DNA from: Candidatus Aminicenantes bacterium | GTDB lineage: Bacteria > Acidobacteriota > Aminicenantia > Aminicenantales > Saccharicenantaceae | Reading direction: 5' to 3' | DNA: 60,792 nt | Assembly (NCBI GenBank): GCA_002877915.1 | Contig: PNJE01000075.1 | Span: 1-60,792, forward strand | Part shown: one piece after another, positions 30,158 to 39,805 of the stretch | Layout of the letters: every line of letters starts with the position of its first letter | How positions within the stretch are numbered: the stretch's first letter is position 1 | The notes under the pieces: model-generated | The model's input: the letters and a program-made list of their open reading frames with translations, nothing else | The model's database searches: none | What the model was told of the DNA's origin: nothing | Translations under genes and position numbers: made by a program

Positions 30158-32881
30158 TCAATAAATTTCATAAAATTTATACCGTCGGTTGAGGCGCTTG
30201 ATCAGCTCCATCGCCCAGAGAGGCAGAGAAGAAAGGCAAAAAACCAGCAGCCAATCAAAGGCCGTCAGGTTCTCGGTTTTAAATATTTTCTGTAAAAAGG
30301 GAATATAAACCACCGAAAGCTGAAGAACCAAAGAAATTCCAAGCGCGTACATCAGCTTAAGATTAGTAAAAAATCCCAGTTCCCAGATCGATTTCATCTG
30401 GCTGCGAGAATTTAAAGCGTGGAAAAGCTCGGAGACAGAAAGCACTACAAAGGCAGCCGTCCGAGCCCGGGTAAGACTTTCCTTCTCCATAAAAAGGACA
30501 TAACCAAAAGCGAAAAGCGCACAAAAAGCAATAAACAATCCCTGGACGGTCATCAACCCAGCCCTTTTCCGGTCAATAATGGGTTCATCTGGTTTCCGGG
30601 GCAAGCGCCGCATTATGTCTGGGTCTGGAGGGTCAAATCCCAGACCTAAGGCTGGTAAACCATCGGTCACCAGGTTGACCCAAAGGATTTGAATAGGCAA
30701 CAAAGGCACTGGCCAGCCAACCAGAGAAGAAGCAAACATGACGACGATTTCGCCCAGATTACAGGAAAGAAGATAATGGACGAATTTTTTTATATTGTCA
30801 TAGATAGCCCGTCCTTCTTCGACCGCCGCCACAATGGAAGCAAAATTATCATCAGTAATGATCATATCGGAAACTTCTTTGGTCACATCGGTTCCGGTCA
30901 GCCCCATAGCTACCCCGATATCAGCTTCTTTCACCGCTGGAGCATCGTTAACCCCATCACCGGTCATAGCCACCACTTCTCCCTTTTGCTTCCAGGCCCG
31001 GACGATTCTCAATTTATGTTCGGGAGAAACCCGGGCATAAACCTGAACTTTTTCCACCTGCTTTTCAAACTCTTCCTGGCTCAGCCTATCCAACTCGTCT
31101 CCGCTTAGGGCCAGCGAATCTTCATTAATCATTCCCAGTTCCCGGGCAATAGCCAGAGCGGTTATCTTATGGTCTCCGGTAATCATAACTGGCTTTATCC
31201 CGGCCCGGCGGCAAGCAGCCATAGCTTCAATCACCTCAACCCGGGCTGGATCGATCATCGCCACCAGACCAACAAAGACCAGATCCCTTTCGATGCTCCC
31301 GGCTTCCAGTTTTTCGGGCAGAGCAGACATTTTCCTGTAGGCACATCCTATTACCCTGAGAGCCTGCTGAGCTAAGGATTCATTGATTTTGAGAATTCTT
31401 TCCAGGTCTTCCGTTTTTATCGGTCTTTCCTGCCCAGCTTCATATATATATGAACAATTTTTCATAAGTACTTCGGGAGCTCCCTTGACATAAGCTACAA
31501 ATTCTCCATTGCTTTTCCGGATCATGGTCATCATCTTGCGCTCGGAATCAAAGGGTATTTCTTCCACCAGAGGCTCTATCTGTTCCAACTCTTTTTTTCC
31601 TATCCCCGCTTTCAAGCCCAAAATCAAAAGGGCTCCTTCGGTCGGGTCTCCAGCAATCCGATAACCGGTATTATCCTTCACCAGGTTGGAAGAATTGCAC
31701 AAATTACCGCAGATTAAAGTCTGCCTTAGGCCAGGAAATTCTTCTGGCCTGATGATCTTATCTCCCAGCCGGAAATTACCTGTTGCTTGGTAACCCACCC
31801 CGTCAATAGAAAAAAGTTGGCCATCAGCATACACCGCCTTGACGGTCATTTCATTTTTAGTCAGTGTTCCAGTTTTATCCGAGCAGATAACCGTAGCCGC
31901 TCCTAAAGTTTCGACCGATGGCAGCTGGCGAATTAAGGCATGCCGCCTGACCATTCTTTGGACTCCGAGCGCCAGGACAATGGTTACTACAGCCGGTAAA
32001 CCTTCGGGAATTGCTGCCACCGCTAAACTGACCGCCGTCAGGAAAACCTGAACAAAATTTCCTCCCCTCACCCATTCGAGCAAGAAAACCAGCCCGACCA
32101 AGATAAAGCAAAGATAGACGATCCAGCGGCCAAATTGCTCAAGTTTTCTCTGAAGAGGTGTCGTCTCAATAGTGATATCCTGAATCAATCGGGCTATTTG
32201 CCCGAGCTCGGTAGCCATCCCGGTATGGATCACGACTGCCCTGGCCTTGCCTGAAGAAACCGAGGTTCCGGCATAAACCATATTGGCTCGATCAGCTAAG
32301 GGCAGGTCCTCTTCCTCCAGCACCAGACTCGTTTTTACAACCGGAACTGATTCGCCAGTAAGAGCAGATTCCTGAACTGAAAAATTCTGGGTATGGTAAA
32401 CAATCCTAGCATCGGCTGGAACATTATCTCCAGCTTCCAGCTCCAGCAGATCTCCTGGGACCACTTCCTTGGCTTCAACCTGAGTTATTTCTCCGTTTCT
32501 AATAACCCTCGTCCGGGGGGCAGCCATTTTTTTTAAGGCTGCCAGGGCCTTCTCAGCCCGGTATTCCTGAAAGAATCCTAAGATGGCATTAAGAATTACG
32601 ATCCCGATAATAGCCAGAGAATCAATCCATTCTCCCAGGAAACCAGATACCACCGCAGCTACTAACAGGACCCAGATCAGAAAAGATTTAAACTGATCTA
32701 AAAAGACAACCAGCGGCGACCGACCGGGTATCTCTTGCAGTTGATTATAACCGTAAGTACGAAGATTTTTTTCGACTTGATCTGGAGAAAGCCCTTTATT
32801 TAAGTCAGTATTGAACAGGTCAGCCACTTCTTCTGGAGTCAGCTTCCAGAATTTTTTAGTTGGTTCTTTTTCCACATTCAT
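30158..32881 (-). CDS. Cation-translocating P-type ATPase, type IIA (Ca2+-type)
   Basis: [29 protein letters not shown] and WVNLVTDG. Confidence 0.93.
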   Translation of the reverse strand: MNVEKEPTKKFWKLTPEEVADLFNTDLNKGLSPDQVEKNLRTYGYNQLQEIPGRSPLVVFLDQFKSFLIWVLLVAAVVSGFLGEWIDSLAIIGIVILNAILGFFQEYRAEKALAALKKMAAPRTRVIRNGEITQVEAKEVVPGDLLELEAGDNVPADARIVYHTQNFSVQESALTGESVPVVKTSLVLEEEDLPLADRANMVYAGTSVSSGKARAVVIHTGMATELGQIARLIQDITIETTPLQRKLEQFGRWIVYLCFILVGLVFLLEWVRGGNFVQVFLTAVSLAVAAIPEGLPAVVTIVLALGVQRMVRRHALIRQLPSVETLGAATVICSDKTGTLTKNEMTVKAVYADGQLFSIDGVGYQATGNFRLGDKIIRPEEFPGLRQTLICGNLCNSSNLVKDNTGYRIAGDPTEGALLILGLKAGIGKKELEQIEPLVEEIPFDSERKMMTMIRKSNGEFVAYVKGAPEVLMKNCSYIYEAGQERPIKTEDLERILKINESLAQQALRVIGCAYRKMSALPEKLEAGSIERDLVFVGLVAMIDPARVEVIEAMAACRRAGIKPVMITGDHKITALAIARELGMINEDSLALSGDELDRLSQEEFEKQVEKVQVYARVSPEHKLRIVRAWKQKGEVVAMTGDGVNDAPAVKEADIGVAMGLTGTDVTKEVSDMIITDDNFASIVAAVEEGRAIYDNIKKFVHYLLSCNLGEIVVMFASSLVGWPVPLLPIQILWVNLVTDGLPALGLGFDPPDPDIMRRLPRKPDEPIIDRKRAGLMTVQGLFIAFCALFAFGYVLFMEKESLTRARTAAFVVLSVSELFHALNSRSQMKSIWELGFFTNLKLMYALGISLVLQLSVVYIPFLQKIFKTENLTAFDWLLVFCLSSLPLWAMELIKRLNRRYKFYEIY

Positions 32882-33064
32882 TGGTTTCCCTTTTTCTTTG
32901 GAGTCAAAATTTTCAGGGTAAATTATATCATTTTTTATCCTTAGATGAGATTATTAATCTGTCTCCCAAAACTGGAAATACCTCATTTGGCTTGACAATT
33001 AAATTGGAATAAGGAAGATATAATTAAGTTTAGCGGCTTTATTCAGAAAAAAGGAGACCAACTT

Positions 33065-33298
33065 ATGATTGGGATTGGTGAATTAATAATAATTTTGGTT
33101 TTATTCCTGGGCATTCCTCAATTCATTCTGTTCATCGTCGCGCTGGTAGATATCCTGAAAAGTGAGTTCCCCGGCAATGACAAACTAATCTGGATTCTTT
33201 TGATAATCTTCCTCCCACTTCTGGGACCGATTCTTTATTTTCTCATCGGCCGAAAAAATAAGATTCAGCCGCCGTCAGCTTATAAGCCAACCACTTGA
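33065..33298 (+). CDS. Small PLDc_N-domain membrane protein
   Basis: ALVDILKS...KLIWILLIIFLPLLGPILYFLIGR two-helix hairpin; AAGGAG RBS. Confidence 0.8.
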   Translation: MIGIGELIIILVLFLGIPQFILFIVALVDILKSEFPGNDKLIWILLIIFLPLLGPILYFLIGRKNKIQPPSAYKPTT

Positions 33299-35013
33299 GT
33301 GCCTTCTGGATATTCAACTGAGAAACTCAGAATAAATTCCTGCTTTTTCCCTGGGTCAAGCTTTATTTTCCAGGTAATTATTCCATTCTTTTCTTGCTTC
33401 TCTGGAGAGGGATTTATTTTTATATCTTTAATTTCAATCTTGGCGTTCTGACTGACAGGAATCTGGTCAACAAGCTCTACCTCTACCGGTCGGTGGCGCA
33501 GATTTTCCAGAGTAATTTTATAGCTTAGACTAACTTTTTGAGTCTTGCCCAGAAAACCCGGCCCACTTTTTTCTTTCTTAACCAGTTCTCTCTTGACCTT
33601 AATCTCGTTATCCTCACCGAAGAAAAGTTTGAACTCTTCGCCACTGCCGACGAAATCAAGGTTCATTGAGCCGACGAAGTCCTGGCCAATAAATAAATCA
33701 GTTAGGCCGGGCAAAAGCGGAAAGCTCATCGTATTTTTAAAGCCAGCCCTCAGGAACACCAACTCCTGCAGTTTAGGAATAGAAAGATAATCAAAGCTCG
33801 CCGGCAATTTTTGAGAATCTATCGGTAGCCGACGCTCGGTGCCATCACTCAATATCGTCCAGAGATTTTTGACCTCAAAATTAATTCCCGACCAGAGTTC
33901 GGCTACCTGAGCTTTTTCTTCATAGACCGGGGCAGCGGCCGGAGCTTCCGCAGCTTCCATTTCCCGGGCAGCTTGCTCCTCAACCACCATTGATTTCATT
34001 ACCTGGCGTGGCTGGTAAAAATCAAGGTACCAGGGGCTCAATTGCCCGGGCTGATGTCCGGCAGTCGGCGAACTGGTCGAAAGAATCAGCCGGGCATTTT
34101 CCCAATTCTCACCGGTTTTCTGGGTAACTTTAGCCGCTACAGTCAGTTCTATCTCGTTTGATTCAGGTAGAGCTTTTATGGTATAGACCGGACTCCAGCC
34201 AGCGGGGCTCACTGCATAGTTCAAACTCATCGTCAGCTGACCGGGCTGATTAACCTCAACCAGCACTCGGACTGCCTTTTCCTCCTTAGACCGACCAGGC
34301 ATGATATCCTTAAGCTTATTATTAAGAGCCTCCAATTTGGCTTTCTTTTCTTTTAACAAATTATCGTTTCCCTGGAAGGATTTTTGAATGGCCTGCAACT
34401 TAGAACTGAAATAATCCAGGAATCGGTCGACGGTAAGCTGATCTAACCTTCCGGCAACAAGATTACTGGCCACCTGATGGCTTAGCGCCTGGCCAACTGA
34501 TTCCAGGAATTTCTCCTGAGAATCAAGAATGGCTTGCTGGCCTTTAATCTGATTAATTTCAGCTTCAATTTCTTTAATTGCCTCCATTAGTTTTTTGACT
34601 TCTGGCAGCTGCTCGGCCTCTAAGTATTCAGTCCTAACCTCGACTCCAAGAATTTTTACCCGGGCTGAGCCATTCCCTGAAACCCGGACTGAATCTGGAA
34701 TAAGGTTCGCCGGCAATCCAGGGAAAATAACGCTCCTGGTCTCCGGGGACAAAGCCGCCTGGGCTTCTCTAAAAACTTGAGCCCGGCCAGGATAAATGAT
34801 AACGGAGGAAATTTGACTTTTTAGCCTAATCTCTCCAGAAATCTCATTGCCCACGATTTTAGCCTGATGTCCATCAGCCGGATTGTTGACCGGCACCTGA
34901 GCCAGTAATCTAATCCCTGATAAACTCAACACCAGTATCACCGCCAGCCAAATAATTTCCTGAATAATTGGCCATGGCCTTCTTAATTTCATTTTATTCC
35001 CTTTCAATTTCAA
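33280..35013 (-). CDS. DUF4140/DUF4139 (mucoidy inhibitor MuiA-like) exported protein
   Basis: ISSVIIYPGRAQVFR, W.P.Y, QKTGENW, LSTSSP, FGEDNEIKVKR and V.DQIPVS; N-terminal signal peptide. Confidence 0.85.
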   Translation of the reverse strand: MKLKGNKMKLRRPWPIIQEIIWLAVILVLSLSGIRLLAQVPVNNPADGHQAKIVGNEISGEIRLKSQISSVIIYPGRAQVFREAQAALSPETRSVIFPGLPANLIPDSVRVSGNGSARVKILGVEVRTEYLEAEQLPEVKKLMEAIKEIEAEINQIKGQQAILDSQEKFLESVGQALSHQVASNLVAGRLDQLTVDRFLDYFSSKLQAIQKSFQGNDNLLKEKKAKLEALNNKLKDIMPGRSKEEKAVRVLVEVNQPGQLTMSLNYAVSPAGWSPVYTIKALPESNEIELTVAAKVTQKTGENWENARLILSTSSPTAGHQPGQLSPWYLDFYQPRQVMKSMVVEEQAAREMEAAEAPAAAPVYEEKAQVAELWSGINFEVKNLWTILSDGTERRLPIDSQKLPASFDYLSIPKLQELVFLRAGFKNTMSFPLLPGLTDLFIGQDFVGSMNLDFVGSGEEFKLFFGEDNEIKVKRELVKKEKSGPGFLGKTQKVSLSYKITLENLRHRPVEVELVDQIPVSQNAKIEIKDIKINPSPEKQEKNGIITWKIKLDPGKKQEFILSFSVEYPEGTQVVGL

Positions 35014-35024
35014 ATCTCCTTCTT

Positions 35025-36380
35025 TTATTTTCCCTCTTTTATCCCTTTTTTCGACTGATGAGCAAACAAGAAATAACTAATTTCAATTATAAATATGACA
35101 AAAAGGAGAGCGGGTACCAAGTTGGAGCGGCCAAAAAATAGTCCAAAAATAAAAATCAGAATCAGACTCAGGAAAGCCAGCAGTAAAAACAACAGCCAGA
35201 GGATTTTGAACCGGTTGGAGAAATCTGATTTCAATATATCAACTAAGGCTACCAGCCAGAAAATAAAGAAAAGTAAATAGACCGCCAAAAATAAAAATGC
35301 TATGGCCGGGGTACCAGACCCTCCTCTATATTTTACTCCATCAACTGCGGTTACCTTTCTTTCTGAGGCATTGAATCGCTTTAAATCGGCAATATTATCA
35401 AGCCTGACCAGCCCGCCCGAGTCTGAGAACAGGACATAAAGATTATTTTCCTTTAAAAAAATCTTTGGGGAACTTTGAACTTGCAAAAATTCCAGAGCTT
35501 TGTCTTTTTCGGCCAGTCCAACTGAATTTTGAGTAGTATAAATTAATCCAGCTGAGGAACTGAATTGAAGATCTTCAATATTTTTTTGCTCTGGATGTTC
35601 ATACCAGAGTTCAGGCTGATTATTTCCTTGAGCCAGCCGGTAAATCTTATTATCGCGCGCCAGAAAAGTGGTCAGGCCATCCCCACTGATTGCTTGAATC
35701 AGGCCCCATCCTGGTTCTTCTAAGTTAATTTTTTCGGTTACCAAAACCGGCTCAAAAATTAAGGTAGCCCTGGAATCGTCAGGACTTGTTGATATTTTTT
35801 CTGATTTTAGGCAGTATATAACCTGCTGAATATACCGGGGTGAATTATCCAGCCAGCTTCGGTTAATCAGGAAATAAACACAATTGTCTCCCCGAAACAT
35901 TCTTCCATTAACCGTATAATCGGCCCCCTCCCCTGCTTCGGGCATTGAAGCTATCGGCTGAAAAGGAAATAAGGGCAGGCCAGTCTCATCATCATAATTC
36001 AGTTCCTTTACTGGAGAGATAAACCCAAAATCACTTTCGGTCGAAAATAATAACAGCCCTGAATTTAGATGAAAAAAATCCTGAAAAGGAACGGTCAGCC
36101 GGCCACTATATTGCTTAACCGGGTTGATTAATATCCGATTTCCCAAAGCTATCAGGGGCACTCCATCTCCATCCACTGAAAAATTAATTTTATCTCTATA
36201 TTCTTCCCTCAGAGCTGGATCCATCGGCGGCAAGACCCAGTTTAACTTGACCTGAGAATTTTCTGGCAAAATCAGTAACACCCCCCGCAGGACTTCCACT
36301 TCTTGGCTCCAAGCTGAAAAATGAAAGACAACCAGAAATAAGACACTAAAGAAAAGATATTTAATTTTATTTTTTTTCAT
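35025..36380 (-). CDS. Hypothetical protein: signal peptide, extracytoplasmic beta-rich domain, C-terminal PLDc_N-like TM bundle
   Basis: 451-aa ORF in an operon (2-bp and 11-bp gaps); C-terminal LVALVDILKSDF..KILWLL. Confidence 0.7.
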   Translation of the reverse strand: MKKNKIKYLFFSVLFLVVFHFSAWSQEVEVLRGVLLILPENSQVKLNWVLPPMDPALREEYRDKINFSVDGDGVPLIALGNRILINPVKQYSGRLTVPFQDFFHLNSGLLLFSTESDFGFISPVKELNYDDETGLPLFPFQPIASMPEAGEGADYTVNGRMFRGDNCVYFLINRSWLDNSPRYIQQVIYCLKSEKISTSPDDSRATLIFEPVLVTEKINLEEPGWGLIQAISGDGLTTFLARDNKIYRLAQGNNQPELWYEHPEQKNIEDLQFSSSAGLIYTTQNSVGLAEKDKALEFLQVQSSPKIFLKENNLYVLFSDSGGLVRLDNIADLKRFNASERKVTAVDGVKYRGGSGTPAIAFLFLAVYLLFFIFWLVALVDILKSDFSNRFKILWLLFLLLAFLSLILIFIFGLFFGRSNLVPALLFVIFIIEISYFLFAHQSKKGIKEGK

Positions 36381-36382
36381 GG

Positions 36383-37672
36383 CTAATTCTTGTTCTCTTT
36401 CGACTTATCTTTGATCTGATCACCTAATCCCACCCAATCAGCCACTGACTTCTGGCCGGTATTCATATCTTTATAGTACTCGTCCCAGTTAAATTTGACC
36501 TCTTCCCCGCCCATGGATTTCAGGAAATTATTTAATTCTCCAAAAAACTTATTAACTGCCCCAAAAGTTACTTGACTGTAGACTGATTTAAAAACGCTGA
36601 TATTCATTGAGGTCAGAGGAGTAACCACTTTCCCGGCAATGAAATCGACTGTCTCTGAAATTGCTCCGGGGATGTCTTTTTGTCTTAGCTTCATGGTGAT
36701 CTTGGAGATTCCAACGGCGTTTTCACAGGTCATCAGACCACGTTTTTTACCAGTCAGGTTTATAGCTTCAGTGGCCATTTGGCCAGTTTCATCAATGGCT
36801 TGTTGAGTTCCGGCCTCTATATTGGCTTCGACCAGATTCCCTACCATTTCAGTTGGTAATGGTGGGGGAACTTTTTCCTTTTTTTTCTTCAATTCACCTG
36901 TTTCCGGAAAGCCTAAAACTGGAACCTCTTTTTCTGGCTTTTTTACCTGGATCAGCAGACGAAGCTTTTCTCTTTCTTCTTGAGACAAGCCCGGGGAATA
37001 AATGGCCTTCTGCCACAGGGCATTTCTGGCCTTAAGCAATTCAAAAAATCTCTGGGCTTCTTCATCAGAAGAAAAAGGAATCCGAGAATAAAGTTCTTCA
37101 ATTTCATTCTGATAGTTTCTGAAGCTATTCCATTCTTTCTGAGTAAGCCCGGCAATCCTGGCTTCTGGGGCTGGCTGAACCGGAGCCTCCGTAGATGGAG
37201 AAGTTTCGTTCTGGGGTTGAGTTACCGGAGGGAGAGGCGGAGGGTTTACCGGAGTATTGGGTGTGGGTGTAGGCTGGGGTTGAGGAGGAGAGTAAACTGG
37301 CGGTCTGGCAGCTTGAGATCTAAGGTAATCGGCCCGATTTCTTTTTTCTCTGGCTTGATCCTCCAGTACCTGAGCAATTTTTTCAGCCTCCTGATATGAC
37401 ACCAGCGCCCGTGCCCCATGTTCCCATTCAATACGCACCTGGCAATCAGGAGATTGTGGAGTTATTCTCTGCCGGCAATTCTCTACTGCTCTTCTCAAAA
37501 TGGCAGCCTTATTTTCCAGGTCAGCCGCCTCCCTCAGGAGCTGCTCAATTTCATCTGATTGAATATTCGGGGTGCCTGATTCGAACCGCGCAGTTGGCTG
37601 CCCAGTATTTACCAGAAACAGGAGAAAAAAGCCAAAAAAACAGATTATTACCCTAATTTTGGTTGAATTCAT
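36383..37672 (-). CDS. Hypothetical exported protein with coiled-coil N-domain and Pro-rich linker
   Basis: 429 aa; signal peptide, helical segment with a Cys pair, and PPQPQPTPTPNTPVNPPPLPP linker; 20 bp downstream of the His-repeat gene. Confidence 0.7.
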   Translation of the reverse strand: MNSTKIRVIICFFGFFLLFLVNTGQPTARFESGTPNIQSDEIEQLLREAADLENKAAILRRAVENCRQRITPQSPDCQVRIEWEHGARALVSYQEAEKIAQVLEDQAREKRNRADYLRSQAARPPVYSPPQPQPTPTPNTPVNPPPLPPVTQPQNETSPSTEAPVQPAPEARIAGLTQKEWNSFRNYQNEIEELYSRIPFSSDEEAQRFFELLKARNALWQKAIYSPGLSQEEREKLRLLIQVKKPEKEVPVLGFPETGELKKKKEKVPPPLPTEMVGNLVEANIEAGTQQAIDETGQMATEAINLTGKKRGLMTCENAVGISKITMKLRQKDIPGAISETVDFIAGKVVTPLTSMNISVFKSVYSQVTFGAVNKFFGELNNFLKSMGGEEVKFNWDEYYKDMNTGQKSVADWVGLGDQIKDKSKENKN

Positions 37673-37692
37673 TTCAGTCCAATTGCCCCGTA

Positions 37693-38232
37693 TTAACCTA
37701 TTTCCGGGCCGGGTCGGTTGGCATGCTCGACATTAGTATGAGGTTCATTGGTGTGGGGATTATCGGTGTGAGGATTATCGGCGTGCCCTTCGACATTTTG
37801 ATTGGTATGGATTTCGGTATTCGTGTGCTCAAAACCCTGGGGCTGCATATTGACATGCTTACTTTCGTTGATGTGGTTATTAAGATGCTTATCGGTATGC
37901 AGGACATTTTGATGGGCAGTATTCTTATGCGGAACGTTATTATGGGCCAGCTCACTGGCAATCACCTTAGCTGCTTTTCTGGCAGATAAAACACCTGCCC
38001 CATCGGCTTTATCTCCAACCAGGTTTTTAAGCCCGGCTGCTCGGCCTTCTTGTTTGAGCCAAGGCCAGGCCATAAGTAAAGCGGCGCCCTTAATCGCCAT
38101 TCCCAGAATCTGACGGCGGCTTTTTTCCGGCCTGGGTTCAACCAGGTCAACCGGATAGTCGGGCAGAGAAGGACTAAGGCGATCAATGGTCTTAAGCGAC
38201 TTTTTACCCTGGAATAGATTCCTTAACTTCAT
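37693..38232 (-). CDS. His-Xaa-Asn/Asp repeat protein, putative RiPP precursor
   Basis: AGGAGG RBS; SRRQILG plus a hydrophobic stretch; residues 97-172 contain 14 H-x-[N/D] triplets; 31 bp downstream of a radical SAM/SPASM gene. Confidence 0.8.
   Translation of the reverse strand: MKLRNLFQGKKSLKTIDRLSPSLPDYPVDLVEPRPEKSRRQILGMAIKGAALLMAWPWLKQEGRAAGLKNLVGDKADGAGVLSARKAAKVIASELAHNNVPHKNTAHQNVLHTDKHLNNHINESKHVNMQPQGFEHTNTEIHTNQNVEGHADNPHTDNPHTNEPHTNVEHANRPGPEIG
37750..37785. repeat. Tandem 15-bp repeat encoding DNPHT units
   Basis: GGTGTGGGGATTATC / GGTGTGAGGATTATC / GGCGTG on the + strand. Confidence 0.85.
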
Positions 38233-38263
38233 TAGGCCTCCTTTTTGCCCGAGTATAAACTAT

Positions 38264-39805
38264 TTAAATTATATTTTCAAGAAAATTAGCTTCTGGATCT
38301 TTTAGATAGTTTTTATAATAGCCTATCAGATTAATAAGGTCTGGATTTTCAGCCGTTTTCCACATCAATTCTTCAAACACCCGACGGTAAAAGTGGCACA
38401 TCGGATCTTCATGAAAAATATCTCCAAAAAATTCAAATGATTTATTGAGGCAACCTGAGCCGTGAAACCGACGCCAGGGACAGGTACGGCATTTTTTAAT
38501 ATTTTCTACCTTTCTCTGTTGCTGAATCTGCTGATTTATTTCCGACTCAACCAGAAGCTGGGGCAGAGGTTTCGGGTCATCAATTGTTCCTAAGCAAAAT
38601 TCATCTTTACCCACCAGTTCTTCACAGGGATAAATCTGCCCGTCATAGCCAAAACCTAAAATAGAGTTCCCGGCTCCGCAAGGCGCCCGGTAGCACATTT
38701 GTGGCCTGGATTTATCGGCTAAGTGGGCGATAAAAAGATTTAGGTCGTCCACACTAAGCCAATAACCGGTTTCTCGGTGGTAATCAATGGCCAGGTCCAC
38801 CAGCTTGAGCCAGTGTTCAACAAAAAGCTCTGCCCGGTCAACCTCAAAATTAAACCCCTTTTTTGCCCGTCCTTCATAGCATAAAAAATTAAGACGAAAA
38901 GAACGGCTATCAAGGTTTTCGATAAAAAATTTAGCCACTTCCACATAATTTTGCGGATCGGAAATAACTGCCAAAAGTCCTGGATTTAAACCCAATTTCC
39001 TTGCCCGGCGCAAACCTTCAATTACCTCACCAAAAGACCCTCGGCCGGAAGCAAAAACCCGTTGTCGATTATGAATGGCTTCTGGTCCATCGAGACTGAG
39101 GCCGACTTCAATTTTTAATTCTTTTAATAGTTCTGAATATCTGGTAAGCAAAACTCCATTAGTCTGAAGGGATAAGGTCAACTTTTTCTTTAGGGCTGAA
39201 GCTAATTCTCGGGCATACTTTGCTCCGGCAACCAAACAATCGATATTAGTCAGTGGTTCTCCACCGTGAAAGCCGATAATAACTTTTTCTCTGGGAATCT
39301 CTTCCAGCACCCGGCGGATAATCTTTTTGACGGTCTCAACAGACATTAATTCCCGGTCGTTGGCTTCATGATCGCACCGGCAGTAGCGGCAGGCTAAATT
39401 GCAGGATTCAGCAATATGAATATTGAAATAATGGGGATACTGCTGAACAGCCCATAGATTCGAAGACTGATAATAGGTCTGGCCGTTTAGAGTAATCATA
39501 TTGCGAAGGAAAAGAGAATAAAGCCACCAGTCAATTTCGTTCTGATTGAAGCTTTGGTCCAGTTCATAGATTTCCGCCAAGCTCTTCCAGCTCCTTTCAT
39601 TAGTTCCAGGCCTTAAAATCTTACTTCGGAGCAGGAAGCCCCGGCTGGCAGCTTGTAGAATTATCCAGGAAGCTGATTCTGGCTCTACTACCAGGGTCCG
39701 GGTATTGCGAGTGGAAAAATAAAGATCGGGCACCGAAGTAATGATCGCCTCTGGCGTCAAGACTTTTTTAAACTCAGAAAATTCAAGCTTCTTAGAACTC
39801 ATCAT
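38264..39805 (-). CDS. Radical SAM/SPASM-domain peptide maturase
   Basis: CNLACRYC (CxxxCxxC), FHGGEPL, LQTNG and SLDG; SPASM region CYRAPCGAG...GQIYPC...CRTC...GC...C; ~120-aa N-terminal extension. Confidence 0.9.
   Translation of the reverse strand: MMSSKKLEFSEFKKVLTPEAIITSVPDLYFSTRNTRTLVVEPESASWIILQAASRGFLLRSKILRPGTNERSWKSLAEIYELDQSFNQNEIDWWLYSLFLRNMITLNGQTYYQSSNLWAVQQYPHYFNIHIAESCNLACRYCRCDHEANDRELMSVETVKKIIRRVLEEIPREKVIIGFHGGEPLTNIDCLVAGAKYARELASALKKKLTLSLQTNGVLLTRYSELLKELKIEVGLSLDGPEAIHNRQRVFASGRGSFGEVIEGLRRARKLGLNPGLLAVISDPQNYVEVAKFFIENLDSRSFRLNFLCYEGRAKKGFNFEVDRAELFVEHWLKLVDLAIDYHRETGYWLSVDDLNLFIAHLADKSRPQMCYRAPCGAGNSILGFGYDGQIYPCEELVGKDEFCLGTIDDPKPLPQLLVESEINQQIQQQRKVENIKKCRTCPWRRFHGSGCLNKSFEFFGDIFHEDPMCHFYRRVFEELMWKTAENPDLINLIGYYKNYLKDPEANFLENII

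Noticed and set aside
32992-33024. Perfect TTGACA and TATAAT upstream of the small PLDc_N gene
   Set aside because: The spacing is 21 bp, too long for a standard sigma70 promoter.
37663-37989. Overlapping ORFs 37663..37989 (+), 37698..37961 (-) and 37962..38186 (-) across the His-repeat gene
   Set aside because: They are shadow frames of the repetitive precursor; only 37693..38232 has a strong RBS and a coherent motif.
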